From Pristiophorus japonicus (Eukaryota): a DNA stretch of 64,000 bases. A model generated the notes under the pieces. The model was not told the DNA's origin. It saw nothing but the letters and a program-made list of their open reading frames with translations, and ran no database searches. The stretch covers positions 39,308,001-39,372,000 of the forward strand of contig NC_092010.1 in assembly GCF_044704955.1 (NCBI RefSeq), given 5' to 3'. Positions 1 through 12,649 of the stretch are shown piece by piece (positions within the stretch are counted from its first letter, which is position 1; each line of letters begins with the position of its first letter). Position numbers and translations under genes: made by a program.

Positions 1-8
1 AGACTTAC

Positions 9-280
9 CCACATCCCTGCTCACACGTCACGGGTCGCTTCGGATTGTGCTCGCAGTCGTTGAGGTGGGAGGTCAGCTGGTCGAGCCGCACCACAGCTGT
101 GCAGCCAAAGCTGGCGTTGTCGCAAGTGATCTGCAATTTGGACAGCATGTTCCGCATGATGCGGGGCACAGGACGGAGGTGGGCTAGAGTGACGACACTG
201 CGATCCACCGGGCAGGTCTGCTGCTGGGAGAACCACTGAGTGATGCAGGCATTGCAGAACGCATGCTCACAGTGTGGAGC
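9..280 (-). CDS. RNF41: RNF41 coding exon 2 (272 nt; rest of RING finger and following Zn-binding region); gene continues beyond the window start
   Basis: Translates APHCEHAFCNACITQWFSQQQTCPVDRSVVTLAHLRPVPRIMRNMLSKLQITCDNASFGCTAVVRLDQLTSHLNDCEHNPKRPVTCEQGCG, near-identical to vertebrate RNF41/Nrdp1; acceptor tctctcctag, donor GG|gtaagt. Confidence 0.97.
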
Positions 281-1007
281 CTAGGAGAGAGCAGAGGAGA
301 CAGCAAATGAACCGACGAGAGGAGAGAACAAACAAACCAGCACAAGTCATCTGGAAATCCAATTTGCGGTGACCCAATTTAAATGCACTGGGGCTCTATT
401 CAATAAAAGCAGGTCTGCTTCTATAAGCACGCATGGCTGTAAATGATGATTGTATAGATCACCTAGATCAGGATGCACAGAGGAGACTCGACACACACTG
501 CCAGCCACACAATTTCCCTCAGCAGCACGGAGATGAACACTGGCCCGAGGTGAAGCTCCTTTAATCAAATTCAAGGTTAAAAAAAAAAAGTCTGCGGCAT
601 TGTCAAGGAGCCAAATTTTATGATGCAGTCAGTATCAAAGTACCATTTTGAGCTCGTCAGTCGCTCCTGTAATCGTTTAAAAGATGCCCCATCAAATTTA
701 TTGTGCGTCACTTCATGGGGATTAAATGAATATGCTAGTGGAAAATGGGTACCAATTTACTCATGAATTTTCAATTATACAGGACTATAGTGGGGAGGAG
801 AGAGGGGGAAACCGCAAGAGACGCCAGAGAAAAACTTAATTGAGAGGAGGCCTCTCAGCCTTCATGCTGCTGTTTATCAGAAAAGCATTTCAAGCATTAA
901 CCCTCCCTCAACCAGTCTAGAAACTTAAAGCAGTATTTAGCAAACAAGGACTAACGTCAATAGAAATCCTATTTCTTTTTAGGACACACTAACACTTTGC
1001 CTCCCCT

Positions 1008-1318
1008 NNNNNNNNNNNNNNNNNNNNNNNNNNNNNNNNNNNNNNNNNNNNNNNNNNNNNNNNNNNNNNNNNNNNNNNNNNNNNNNNNNNNNNNNNNNNN
1101 NNNNNNNNNNNNNNNNNNNNNNNNNNNNNNNNNNNNNNNNNNNNNNNNNNNNNNNNNNNNNNNNNNNNNNNNNNNNNNNNNNNNNNNNNNNNNNNNNNNN
1201 NNNNNNNNNNNNNNNNNNNNNNNNNNNNNNNNNNNNNNNNNNNNNNNNNNNNNNNNNNNNNNNNNNNNNNNNNNNNNNNNNNNNNNNNNNNNNNNNNNNN
1301 NNNNNNNNNNNNNNNNNN
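1008..1318. other. Assembly gap (311 N)
   Basis: Run of n. Confidence 1.
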
Positions 1319-1375
1319 TCCAAATAATTTGGTTACTAATTTGTTACCGTACCGTAAACTCCTGCCATTAATTAT

Positions 1376-1378
<3 letters not shown>

Positions 1379-1406
<28 letters not shown>
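1379..1406. repeat. (TC)n microsatellite
   Basis: Direct observation. Confidence 0.95.
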
Positions 1407-1409
<3 letters not shown>

Positions 1410-1884
1410 AGTGCATGCCATTCGCTTCGAGTGGCAACGTCTTCAAACCAATTATAAATCGCCACTATTCTATAAATAAACCTCAAAGCATTCCTTAAAT
1501 AAAAGTTTGCTGCATGCAGTAATTAGCAACTCCAATACAATCCTCAGCACTGCAGTGCCAATTCACGAGGTGGAAGAGACAGGGTTTTATCCCAAAGCCT
1601 TCCTTTCACATTCAACCCATTATGTATTGCTCCACACTGCCAATGCTTACTTCAGTGCTATCTCCCTCCTCGAATTGTCTCCAAAAGCCACACAAGATCA
1701 GGTCTCTGCCAATCGGAGGTGCACATTTACTATACTCCACTAAAGCAGCGGAGAGGGCAGGAAATGTGCAGAAAATGAGAGTTTCTGCTCACATACTGTG
1801 GAGTGGGATCAACATTGTACAGTTCAGAACTGAACTATAGAATTTGGTGAATTTTTTGGCCAATTTTCTCTCCTGGAAGGAAAG

Positions 1885-2435
1885 AAGATACAGACAGAAT
1901 TGCACTTACATAGCACCTTTCACAACCACCGGATGTCTCAAATCGCTTTACAGCCAATTAAGTCATTTTTGAAATGTTGTCACTGTTGTAATGTAGGAAA
2001 CACAGCAGACAATGTGTGCACAGATAAATATTGGCCAGGACACCGGGGAGAACTCTCCTACTCCTCTTCAAAATAGTGGCGTGGGATCTTTTACACCACC
2101 CGAGGGGGCAGACGGGGCCTCGGTTTAAATTCTTATCCGAAAGAAGACACCTCCGATAGTGCGGCGCTCCCTCAGTACCGCCCCTCCGAACCGCCCCTCC
2201 GACAGTGCGGCGCTCCCTCAGTACCGCCCCTCCGACAGTGCGGCGCTCCCTCAGTACCGCCCCTCCGACAGTGCGGCGCTCCCTCAGTACCGCCCCTCCG
2301 ACAGTGCGGCGCTCCCTCAGTACTGCACTGGAGTATCAGCCTAGATCCTTGTGCCCAAGTCTTTGGAGTAGGACTTGAACCCACAACCTTCTGAGTCGGA
2401 GGCGAGGGTGCTACCCACTGAGCCACAGCTGACAC
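1885..2435 (-). mobile_element. tRNA-derived DeuSINE (SacSINE1-like) with an internal 33-bp tandem expansion (~5 units)
   Basis: Head gtgtcagctgtggctcagtgggtagc...ggttcaagtcc (A/B boxes), Deu-like core aaaagatccc...gaagag...gtgtcctggccaatatt, L2-like tail. Confidence 0.85.
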
Positions 2436-2794
2436 TGAACCCTTGCTGGGGCACAACTCCCTGGTCACTCATTCCCCCCCCCCAGGTACCTTGCCCAAGT
2501 AGACAATATTCATGGGCGAGGCTCAACGGAGAGCTCCAGCAGGCCATCTGACAACAGGGAGAGCAAGCAGCACAGCGGAGCCCAGGCCCTGCTCTCCTGA
2601 AACAAATGTGCACTGACACCAGAGGTAAAGGGCGAGAGCTTGGGAGCAGGAACCCTGGCCTCTTACCCTCTCGCTAACCAAGGGGCACAGAAACAAAGTG
2701 TGGCACCCTGACTATTGCCCCAGCTAAGATCAGCCAATTCAGCACAGACCACCAGCTCACCCACCCAATGAATAACCCATGCAAGGACCCTTAC

Positions 2795-3205
2795 TAATGC
2801 AAGCGCTCTACTCGGAACTCCTTCACGGCAAATGAGCCAAAGGCGGGCAGAGGAAACTTTAAAAGGACATCCTCAAAGCCTCCCTGATAAAGTGCAACAT
2901 CCCCACCGACACCTGGGAGTCCCTGGCCAAAGACCAGTCCGCCCTAAGTGGAGGAAGTGCATCCGGGAGGGCGCTAAGCACCTCGAGTCTCTTCGCCGAG
3001 AGCGTGCAGAAACCAAGCGCAGGCAGCGGAAGGAGCGTGCGGCAAACCTGTCCCACCCACCCCTTCCCTCAACGTCTATCTGTCCCACCTGTGACAGGGA
3101 CTGTGGTACTGTGGTTCTCATATTGGACTGTTCAGCCTCCTAAGGACTCCTGTTTAGAGTGGAAGCAAGTCTTCCTCGATTCCGAGGGACTGCCTGACGA
3201 TGATG
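2795..3205 (+). mobile_element. RTE-clade LINE 3' fragment
   Basis: C-terminal ...RPKWRKCIREG...ICPTCDRDC zinc-finger end, 3' UTR gtggaagcaagtcttcctcgatt and (GAT)n tail. Confidence 0.85.
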
Positions 3206-3236
3206 AATGCTGCTTAGAAGGAATCATGGCTGCCAC

Positions 3237-3385
3237 CAACGCTCCCACTAAGCTGCGTGGTGGTCTGGAGGTCGGGCACAGACCGCTCGCCGGCTTTTCC
3301 TCGGGAGAAACCGCGCATGCACGAAAATTTGAGTGGGTCGCACAGCCACTTAAAGGGACCATGCACCAAAAACAAAATAATTCGG
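3237..3385 (-). mobile_element. Diverged copy of the TIR-bearing non-autonomous element at 12831-13631
   Basis: caacgctcccactaagctgcg resembles the reverse complement of the right end of the 12.8-13.6 kb element. Confidence 0.5.
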
Positions 3386-4087
3386 CAAGCATCTGAATGC
3401 ACAGTTGATGGCATTGCCACCCACAGCTGGTTATTTTTAGACTGGATGGTTGGCATGGAGAACCCATAGATAACTATCCACAATCCAGTTAATCCGACTT
3501 TTCTCTCCTCAGTTCTGACCGACCTATTGCGTATTTCGAACATTCGCAGTTTTTTTTTTTTACATGCCTTAGTATTACACGGGACCTCGGATCTCAACAG
3601 AGGCACTTGAGTCACAAAGCCACGATCTCTATTTAAAACCTCCGAGAGATTTTACCCAGCTCTGCAACGTAGAAAGCATTCCGTTAATCTCCTGACCATG
3701 CAGATTTCTGACGCAGCACAGCTGCAGTCATTCCAACCCTGCATCAATAGATCACACTCGTCCAAGGAGATTTGATGGACAGCACTTCCCCGTTCACAGC
3801 TCAGAATCCCATTAACACCCTTGGCCTGAACCCAAAATTAAATCAGAAAGAAATACAAGATAATGTGGTCAGTTGAACCACTGTGATCTGAACATAGACT
3901 TTGACAGTGCGAGGTTCTCCCTTTAAAATAAAGACTCTTGCATGATCAGACTGTTGTGATGCACACCGCAGTTGAATAGCTTGCTGGTGCCAGAGCCAGA
4001 TTCAGAGATCTTTGGGCACTAAGACCATTCAGAATCCCTCTGCACAGCCAACCCCAAGCCCCCACCCCAATAGTTTAGCTTACTCAC

Positions 4088-4177
4088 CTGTACAGGTTCT
4101 TCCAAAACCCCACTGCAAATTGGACAAATCAAATCTTCATCCACCTCGCCTTGAAACCGATTGACGTCGTACCCCAT
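4088..4177 (-). CDS. RNF41: RNF41 first coding exon (CDS part, 90 nt; exon begins at 4206)
   Basis: MGYDVNRFQGEVDEDLICPICSGVLEEPVQ; Kozak gccATGg; donor CAG|gtgagt; acceptor ttttcttttgccag; phase 0 joins the exon at 280. Confidence 0.97.
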
Positions 4178-5783
4178 GGCTCATACTGCGACAGGCTCAG
4201 GAGTTTCTGGCAAAAGAAAAACTGTAAGACATTGCTTATTTGCAAGAGATTCTATTGCGTGGTATAAAACGCTTCATTCCTGAATGCAATATAAACACAC
4301 AAACAAAATGCAAAAATCTCAATTACAGACATGAAGAACATCAAAAAATGTTACATTTGGAGTCATTTGGTCTTTCCTTGGTCAGTCTGGATTGACTTCA
4401 AAAAGAAAATTAAGAGAACCTGGGGAATTAACAAGTCAAACACATCTCCCACATTGCAACCACCCCCCCCCCCGCCCCCCAACCCCACACAGACACAACT
4501 TTGCTTGTTAGTGTTTCTTTCCTCTTCCCCCTCCGCCCCCACCCTCAAAAAAAAATACAGCCTCCCTCCTCGGTTTCTTTTCCAACACCCCCACCCCGCC
4601 CCCCCCATCCTCCCCAGTCCTCCGTCGAATAACTGGAAGCTACATCGGAAACGTCTTACCATTTCAGAAAACTCTTAGAAACACAACTGGTGTGTTCACA
4701 TGCAAAGCTCTTTTGAAAATCAAAAAGGTGCAGTCACATTAAAAAAAATCTGTCTCAATGCTAATCCTCCGAGCCAAATAGCAGAGGATCGAAGCTAATG
4801 GTAGCAGAATGCAGCTTTAATGTAGTACAGCAGAAATCCGCACAACGATATACATCCATTATTTTAATGACATCAGATGTCCTGGACTGGAATAAAGCCA
4901 ACATCTGGAGATGAATTTGGGCAAAGTAAACATTTTTCCAATTCTTCCCAGCTCTGCCACTGGAACGATGCGCTTTATTCTCGGTTTTGACATGCACAGC
5001 AAGGCTGGTTTGCAACAACTGCAGGGTAAATTCTAATGCCATCACCGTCCCTTGGGTTCTAAAGAAAAACTATGACAAAACATTCACGATGCGTCATCTC
5101 CTCTCAGGCTGTACTTGGAAAACCCATCAGAAGAGCATTAACGGTTCACACAAGACCACTTTCAGTATAAACAGTTTGACATCCGCTCTCTGCACTCATT
5201 AGTTTTTATATCTGTACACTGTGATTATTTGGGGGGGGGGGGGGGGGGGGGGGGGCATAAAGAACGTGTCAACAAGCTTTCTCCAACTTCAACCATTCAG
5301 CTGTTCCGACAGGCAACATATTTGCCTCGTAGCAGAGAGAGTTTTAACAATTGCCAGCAAGAATCTTGTTGCCTCATGGGGTTTCAATAATAGCCACAAA
5401 CAACATCAACCAAAACCGTGGAGTTTAACTGGCACACTAGTTTCTTTCCAGGCCATGTTCTTCTTCCCTTATTTTAACCAATAAGGGAATTAAGGGTTAC
5501 GGGGAGAGGGCGGGTAAGTGGAGCTGAGTCCACGGCCAGATCAGCCATGATCTTGTTGAATGGCGGAGCAGGCTCGAGGGGCTAGATGGCCTCCTCCTGG
5601 TCCCAATTCTTATGTTATGTTCGGCAGCACCTCCCAAACCCACAACCTAGATGGACAAGAGCAGCAGGCGCTTGGGAACACCATCACCTCCAAATCACAC
5701 ACCATCCCTACTTGGCTGTTCCTTCATCGTCGCCTGGCTCAAAATCTTGGATTTCCCCCGCTTAACAGTACTGTGGGAATACC

Positions 5784-6062
5784 ATCATCATCATCATAGG
5801 CAGTCCCTCGGAATCGAGGAAGACTTGCTTCCACTCTAACAATGAATCCTGAGGTGACTGAACAGTCCAATACGAGAACCACAGTCGCTGTCACAGGTGG
5901 GATAGATAGTCGTTGAGGGAAAGGGAGGGTGGGACTGGTTTGCCGCACGCTCCTTCCGCTTGGTTTCTGCACGCTCTCGGCGTTGAGACTCGAGGTGCTC
6001 AGCGCCCTCCCGGATGCACTTCCTCCACTTAGGGCGGTCTGGTCTTTGGCCAGAGACTCCCA
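5784..6062 (-). mobile_element. RTE LINE 3' fragment inserted into an older LINE tail, 8-bp TSD
   Basis: (CAT)n tail on + strand; TSD ggaatacc at 5776-5783 and 6063-6070. Confidence 0.85.
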
Positions 6063-6821
6063 GGAATACCTTCACCGCACGGGCTGCAGCGGTTCAAGGA
6101 GGCGGTTCACCACCACCCTCGAGGGGTAATTAAGGGTCAGGCAATAAACGCCGGCCTTGCCAGCGACACCAACAACCAGAGAATGATTTTTGTTAAATAT
6201 ATAATGTTGGCCGAGTTAGCTAAGGAAAGCCACTTCAATGTAAAACCAAATCAACACTGGGTGCGGACAGGAGTGAGCTCAGCTGTGATGGCTCTTGCAA
6301 GCAAAGATCTTGTCAACTCGCACGTGTTTTTTTTTTTAAATGGTTACTTGGGGAGATGCAGAAAAAGGGTCACCAGCATCCATGGAAATGTTTCCCCAGC
6401 AAAGAATCAATACCTCTGGAGAAGGACAAGACAATAGCAGCTGGGAGGGGAGGGGGAAGGAAAGAGAGAGTCATTGACCGAAAAAGTGGAAGAGGGCAGG
6501 GGAAAAATACATTTAAGTACAGGGAAAAACAAAGTGCAAAGTGTAAAGTTGAGGCATTCATTTTGATCAGGACTCCAGTCGCCAGCTGAACTGGAGCAAC
6601 TCATTCGGTGCAAGAAACACCTCTCTCCAATCATCATCATCATCTTGCTGCTGCATCAGATTCTGAGGCTCACTGCACTTTGACCCTAGTCCTACTGGTC
6701 AGCTCATTGGCTTCTATACAAGTCTTTGCACTCACGCTCAAGGGAGTAACTTTATACCACAGTTATATCAAAAGGTGCTGCTGGAGGTATACCAGAAATA
6801 AACACAGTGGTACCAAGGCTC

Positions 6822-7160
6822 AAATAACAACTTGCATTTATATTGCACCTGGAACATAGTAAAATGTCCTATGGCACTTCACAGGAGCGTTATAGCAAGC
6901 AACATTTGACACGGAGCCACATAAGATATGACGACAGGTGACGGAGGGAGGTTTTAAGGAGTGTCTTGATGGAAATAGAGGTTGAAAAGGTAGAGAGGTT
7001 TAGGGTGGGAATTCCAGGGCTTGGGGCCTTGGCAGCTGAAGGCACGGCCAATGATGGCGGAAGAGATTAAAATTGGGGATGCTCAAGAGGCCAAGATTAG
7101 AGGAGCGTAGACATCTCGGAGGGTTGCGGGGCTGGAGGACACGAGAGAGATAGGGAGGGA
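6822..7160 (-). mobile_element. L2-type LINE 3' fragment
   Basis: acaacttgcatttata tail motif; ORF piece LQPRNPPRCLRSSN similar to other L2 copies in the window. Confidence 0.7.
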
Positions 7161-7199
7161 AGTCGAGCCCAGCCAGGGGGGGGGGGGGGGGCCCCATGG

Positions 7200-7395
7200 A
7201 CCAGGGGCAGTGCAGCATTTAACAGCGGTGGGGTCGGGGCCCAGGGAAGGCTCAGCAGAGCAGGTCTCCAGTCGTCTTGGTTGAGCCTTGCCACTGGACC
7301 AAGACCTCGCTCTGTCAAGCCCGTGTGGTGGCTGGTGTGCAACGGCCACCCCACGTTTTAAAAAAAAAAATCCACCCACAGGCATCTTCCACCCT
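7200..7395 (+). mobile_element. Fragment of the RTE-tailed non-autonomous element family
   Basis: Reverse complement of the core shared with 12908-13520, 38080-38380, 51185-51530 and 61555-61960. Confidence 0.75.
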
Positions 7396-8294
7396 TTAAG
7401 ACGCAACTCATTGTAACACCGGTGAGCCCATCTTTTTTTGGTGTGAAGAGCATCATCCTCATCACGAGGCACTGCGAAGGAGTACTCCCCTCTGCTCTTT
7501 CCCCACAGCCTGCAATTTTTTTTTTCCCTTTTCCAAGAATATATCCAATTCCGTTTGAAAGTCACTATTGAATCTGTTCCCACCGCCCTTTCAGGCAGCG
7601 CGTTCCCGATCACAACTAACTCGCTGCACAAAAAAAACCTCCCCTCTGGCTCTTTTGCCGATTATCTTAAACCGGTGCCCTCCTGCCATTTCTCCCTCTC
7701 TACTCTATCCCTTCACAATTTTGAGCACCGGTAAAATTTCCCCTTAACCAACTCCGCTCTAAAGGAGAACAATCCCAGCTTCTCCAGTCTCGCCACGTAA
7801 ATAGTCTCCTTGCCATTTCTCTCTCTCATCCCACCAAGTCTGTGTGCTAACTGGAAACGAGAGAAAACACACAGGCAGCAGTTTCAAAGCACCTCTCCTT
7901 CCCTTCCCCCGCCCCACCCCAAATTTGACATTTAAAAAAAAACAGCAGTCGAGCTCAGCAACTGGTGAACATCTCGCCCCGTAACTAGGTGACACATTAA
8001 AAGCCAATCATCTCGGTCTTCATATCCATTCCACAAAAGGCACATCACACAAAAGGAAAAAACATTCAAGACAAAGCTGGAAACAGCTGACATGATTCAC
8101 GAAAGTGGAAAATAAAAGACTGCGTGTAGGAGCACTGCCAGCACACGGCATTCTCAAGAGACTGTCCACTCCCATTGTCCAATTCCAGACTCTTCTCCCT
8201 CAGCCCAAAATATTTCTTCCCTCCCCACAAAGTAAAATGGAACTCAATCCCTCCTTTCCACAATTAAGAGCTGTGGATTTAAAAAAATTTTTTT

Positions 8295-8695
8295 AAATTA
8301 GTTCACGGGCTGTGGGCAACAAGGTCAGCATTTATTGCCCAGCCCCAATTACCCTCGAGAAGGTGGCGGTGAGCTGGATGGCTTGCTGGGCCTTTTTAAA
8401 GGGCAGTTAAGAGTCAACCACATTGCTGTAGGACTGGAGTCACATATAGGCCAGACCGGGTAAGGGCGGCAGATTTCCTTCCCTAAAAATGGACATTAGT
8501 GAACCAGAGGGGTTTTTATGACAATTGGTGGTTTCATGGTCACCATTACTGATACTAGCTTTTTATTCCAAATGTATTTAATGGACTGAATTGACTTTCA
8601 CACTGTGTTGAATTGTGAATATTGCTGTTCAAACAATTTGAACACGGGTCTCCAGATCATTAGTCCAGTAACATAACCACTATGCCACCGTAGCC
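8295..8695 (-). mobile_element. tRNA-derived SINE, second family (homologous copy at 40185-40570), carrying a templated insertion
   Basis: Minus-strand head ggtggcatagtggttatgttactggactaatgatc; tail gggcaataaatgctg shared with the LINE tail at ~6100-6190. Confidence 0.7.
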
Positions 8696-9649
8696 ACACA
8701 TGAAGGAGAATGAAACATCACAAAGAGTTTAGGGCATCAAATTATTTGTTGGTAGCTGTATGAATTTTTAATGGTTCTGCAAAAAAATTATACTCAAAGA
8801 TATTATGCAATGTTTCCAGAACCATCTCAGCTGCATTAATGTCAACTTACTAATGCCCTTCTGAAAGTATAGCTTCTATTTTTACAAGCTGGGAGTCCAT
8901 TTCCCAATAGTCAGTTGTGCTGTTCTGAACAGGGGGTGGGCTGAAATGCACAGCCATGCTCAGCCCACCCTCATGCAAACTGGTAATCCCAGCAAGGGTG
9001 GCAGTGAGCTGCTCAGCTCAGAGAAAAGGTATGTCGTTTTCAAATTGTTTGAACAGCAATATTCACAATTCAACACAGTGTGAAAGTCAATGATGCTCCA
9101 GTCCCACTTACAGAGCACACCCTTCGAACACAGCACATTCCTGCCACAGCTTTTACACCTTACACATAATTTCCCTTTTCTCTTAACTACAATGTTCTAA
9201 TCTCAAGCAGCCCTTTCAATTCTGACACCATATCAGTTACTTAAAACAGGTCTGGACAAGCTTTTATCCTTTGATCTAATTTTATGACATACATTGCAAC
9301 AGTGACTCCCTTTCAGCAGTACTTCGTTGGTTGTAAAGCACTTGGAGACGTCCGAAGGTCACGAAAGACACTATATAAATATGCAAGCCTTTGTGGGTTT
9401 TTTTAAACTGCCGCCCACACAAGAGGCCCACTTATGTTCCTGTAGTGCCGGCTTCCTCCTGAAATCAAGAAAAAAAGCTTCTCTTCCACCCCCACACCCA
9501 AAAATCATCTTGAGCAAGTAAACTCCGCCAGTTTGACTTTTGCAATTTTAAAGGCTTCTATTTTATCGGCCCATAATCTGCGTAGTTTTACCAAAAAAAA
9601 AACAATTTTTACAAGTCTTTTTTGCCTTTGTATTTCCTCAGGTAGTATC

Positions 9650-10330
9650 TAGTGACTCCGATGTACCCCCTCTATGTGGAGCCCAATACTGCAGACAGTG
9701 CTCTAACCGAGGTCTTACTAAGGTTTTACATCGGCTCATCAGAACCCCTTGGCTTTTCTATTATATACCTAGTGATAAAACATTTGCGCTTTTTATAAAA
9801 AAATAAACAGCATCAACTGGAGGTGCTGCCGTTAATGACCTGCACCTCCGAATCCCTCTGCTCTTCCCCAGCACAGAGCCTACTTCAATTCAGAGGATCA
9901 TAACTGCTGTTATTCTTTAACCAAACCCACTCTCACTGGTGCCGAATTCCATCTGCCACCTTTAAAGCCGATCCCTCCCCTTATCTTATCAATATCTCTG
10001 GCCGTCTAAAGAATTAACTACGGCTCCTTATTTGGGCATCATCTACAGATTTTGATACCACTCCCTCAAGGCCTATTTCCAAATCTCTGACATACAGTGA
10101 ACAGAAGTGGCTCAGAATTGAACCAGACAGCACGTCCCATTTCCAACCGTTCGGAAAACCCTGTGTTTTCCCCGAAAAAAACCTCTTAAAATCTAGTTTG
10201 TTGTCCTTCTCCTAATTCCATACCCTTTAATCTCCTCTACTAATCTCCCATGTGGTACCCAGACAAAGGATTCCCCAAAGACCCTACAACCCACTGCACC
10301 TCCAGTGTCTGTTATCTCCTCAAAAAAAAA
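9650..10330 (-). mobile_element. Old, degenerate CR1-like LINE RT fragment
   Basis: Diverged motifs colinear with younger CR1 copies (aatactgcagacagtgctctaa, catcatctacagatttt). Confidence 0.5.
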
Positions 10331-10464
10331 GGGGTTCCATGAGGTTTCTCAAGCGTAGACATCGGTACACCTCACGTTCCAGGAACCCGAGCCTCAGCTT
10401 TCCCTCCCCGACCCAGTGGCGCTCTGGCAGACCCCAGCACCCCAACCATTGGATCTGTGCGATC

Positions 10465-11165
10465 TCATAGAATCATAGAAGTTTGCAGCACGGAAGGAGG
10501 CCATTTCGGCCCATCGTGTCCGTGCCGGCCAACAAGAGGCTACCCAACCTAATCCCACTTTCCAGCTCTCGGTCCGTAGCCCTGCAGGTTACGGCACTTC
10601 AAGTGCACATCCAAGTACTTTTTTAAAATGTGGGGAGGGTTTCTGCCTCGACCAAGCTTTCAGGCAGTGAGTTCCAGACCCTCACCATCCTCTGCGTGAA
10701 AAAATTTCCCTTCAAAACCTTCTCTATATCTATGCCCCCTGGTTGTTGACCCCTCTGCTAAGGGAAATAGGCCCTTTCTACCCACTCTATCCAGGCCCCT
10801 CATAATTTTATACACCTCAATGAGGTCTCCCCTCAGCTCCCCTGTTCCAAGGAAAACAAACCCAGCCTATCCAATCTGTCCTCATAGCCAAGATTCTCCA
10901 GTCCAGGCAACATCCTGGTAAATCTCCTCTGTACCCTCTCCAGTGCAATCACATCCTTCCTGTAGGTGACCAGAACTGCACGCAGTACTCCAGCTGTGGC
11001 CTAACCAGTGTTTTATACAGTTCAAGCATAACCCACCTGCTCTTACATTCTATGCCTCAGCTAATAAAGGCAAGTATTCCGTATGCCTTCTGAATCACCT
11101 TATCCACCTGGCCTGCTACCTTCAGGGATCAGTGGACATGCACTCCAAGGTCACTTTGTTCCTCT
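10465..11165 (-). mobile_element. CR1 LINE 3' fragment (same family as 45690-48480)
   Basis: Reverse complement matches 47820-48480; (ttctatga) tail repeats. Confidence 0.9.
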
Positions 11166-12649
11166 AAGGCGAATGATTTCTCAGCAGGCATAGTGTTTAT
11201 GGGCGAGAGAGTCAGGAATGGAGGCTGAAGTGCAGAAACATGGGCGAAATACACACCTGTAATTTATCTCCAGATAAACTGTTATTTTGCACAGTGTGTG
11301 CACAGTCAGAAATCACTGGCACATCAGGGGTGATGCAACTGTGCAGGTGGAAAGGAAACGGTTAGCTGGAGGGAGAAAGGAGAGAAAACAAAAACACAAT
11401 CAGGAGGCTGCTGTGACTACCACTCCATATAACCCCTCCTAAACATACTTACACCAACCCCCTTGGTATCTCACGTGACCTCTCCATTTCCATCGTCTCA
11501 ATTACAGACAAGGCCATCTCTGATTACTTCCTTGCATCACACCCACCTCCATCTGCATCTACCCTGGAAAAATAACTTTCCAAATCACTAACAACTGCAC
11601 TTTCAAATTCCCATCTGCATAGGCTTTGGCTCTGCATTCACCACGACATGCAGTCAGAATTTTCGGTTTGCATTTCCAATTTATTTGCTTTTTACCTCTT
11701 CTACTGGATTGAACTTCAGAATAAATCAGGACACGCAGGGCCACCGAGGGTCGGAATAACCAGCACCAGTCCTTGTCCTCAAGACGAGAGCATGCTGAAT
11801 ATAAATCAGGCAAGCAGGAAACAACCATTGCCCCCAAACACGTCAGACACAAGGAAACAAAAAAAGGAAAGGTGGCCATATGCTTGGTCAAAGAGGTGGG
11901 TTTTAAGGAGGGTCTTAAAAAGGAGAAGGGAAGTGGAGAGTTAGAGGGTTGAGTGAAGGAACGAGTGTGGGACCTCAGCAGCTGAAGGCACGTGTGTCAA
12001 TGGTGGGGGATGCACAAGAGGCTGGAGTCACAGAATGGAGAGTTTGGAGGGGTGTGCAGAGCTGGAGGAGGCCAGAGACAGACGGACTCGAGGGGAAATC
12101 AAGGGATTATGGAGATCAAGTGGGAAAGTGGAGTTGTGTTCGAAGACCAGCCATGATCTTACTGAATGGCACAGTAGGCTCGAGGGGCCGTATGGCCGAC
12201 TCCTGCTCCTAATTCTTACGTTCTTATAGGGAGTGATGAGGTCATGGATCACAATTAGTTGGCCATCGCACTACAATGTGAAACAGCTGCTGAATTCTCC
12301 TCAATAATAAAAACATTTGACAATGAATCACAGCATGGAATTCGTTTTGCCAAAGCCAATAAGGTTTTAGTCATTTATCTAAAAAAAACATTATTTGGAT
12401 AATGCCAACTGGTTTGTGCCAGGACCGTTTTACTACACTAGCTGAGCGTGAATGGCTCAGGCATGTCAGTACAATGCTTACTCTTTTCTGTTAACAGAAA
12501 TAGTAATTTGCCTGGAGCTAGTATTTAAAATGATGCACTACTTGGTCTCCAAACATAAACAAGCTTACTATATTTAAAATGAAATGCTAAGCTTCTCGAC
12601 ATTGATTGGCTCACACACAGGTAAAGCTCATCAAACCCTTTAAAGAATG

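Noticed and set aside
979-1371. ORFs made of X residues
   Set aside because: Artefact of the N gap
8590-9091. MITE with 53-bp TIRs
   Set aside because: The host SINE continues inside the putative element rather than after it, and there is no TSD; kept as a templated insertion
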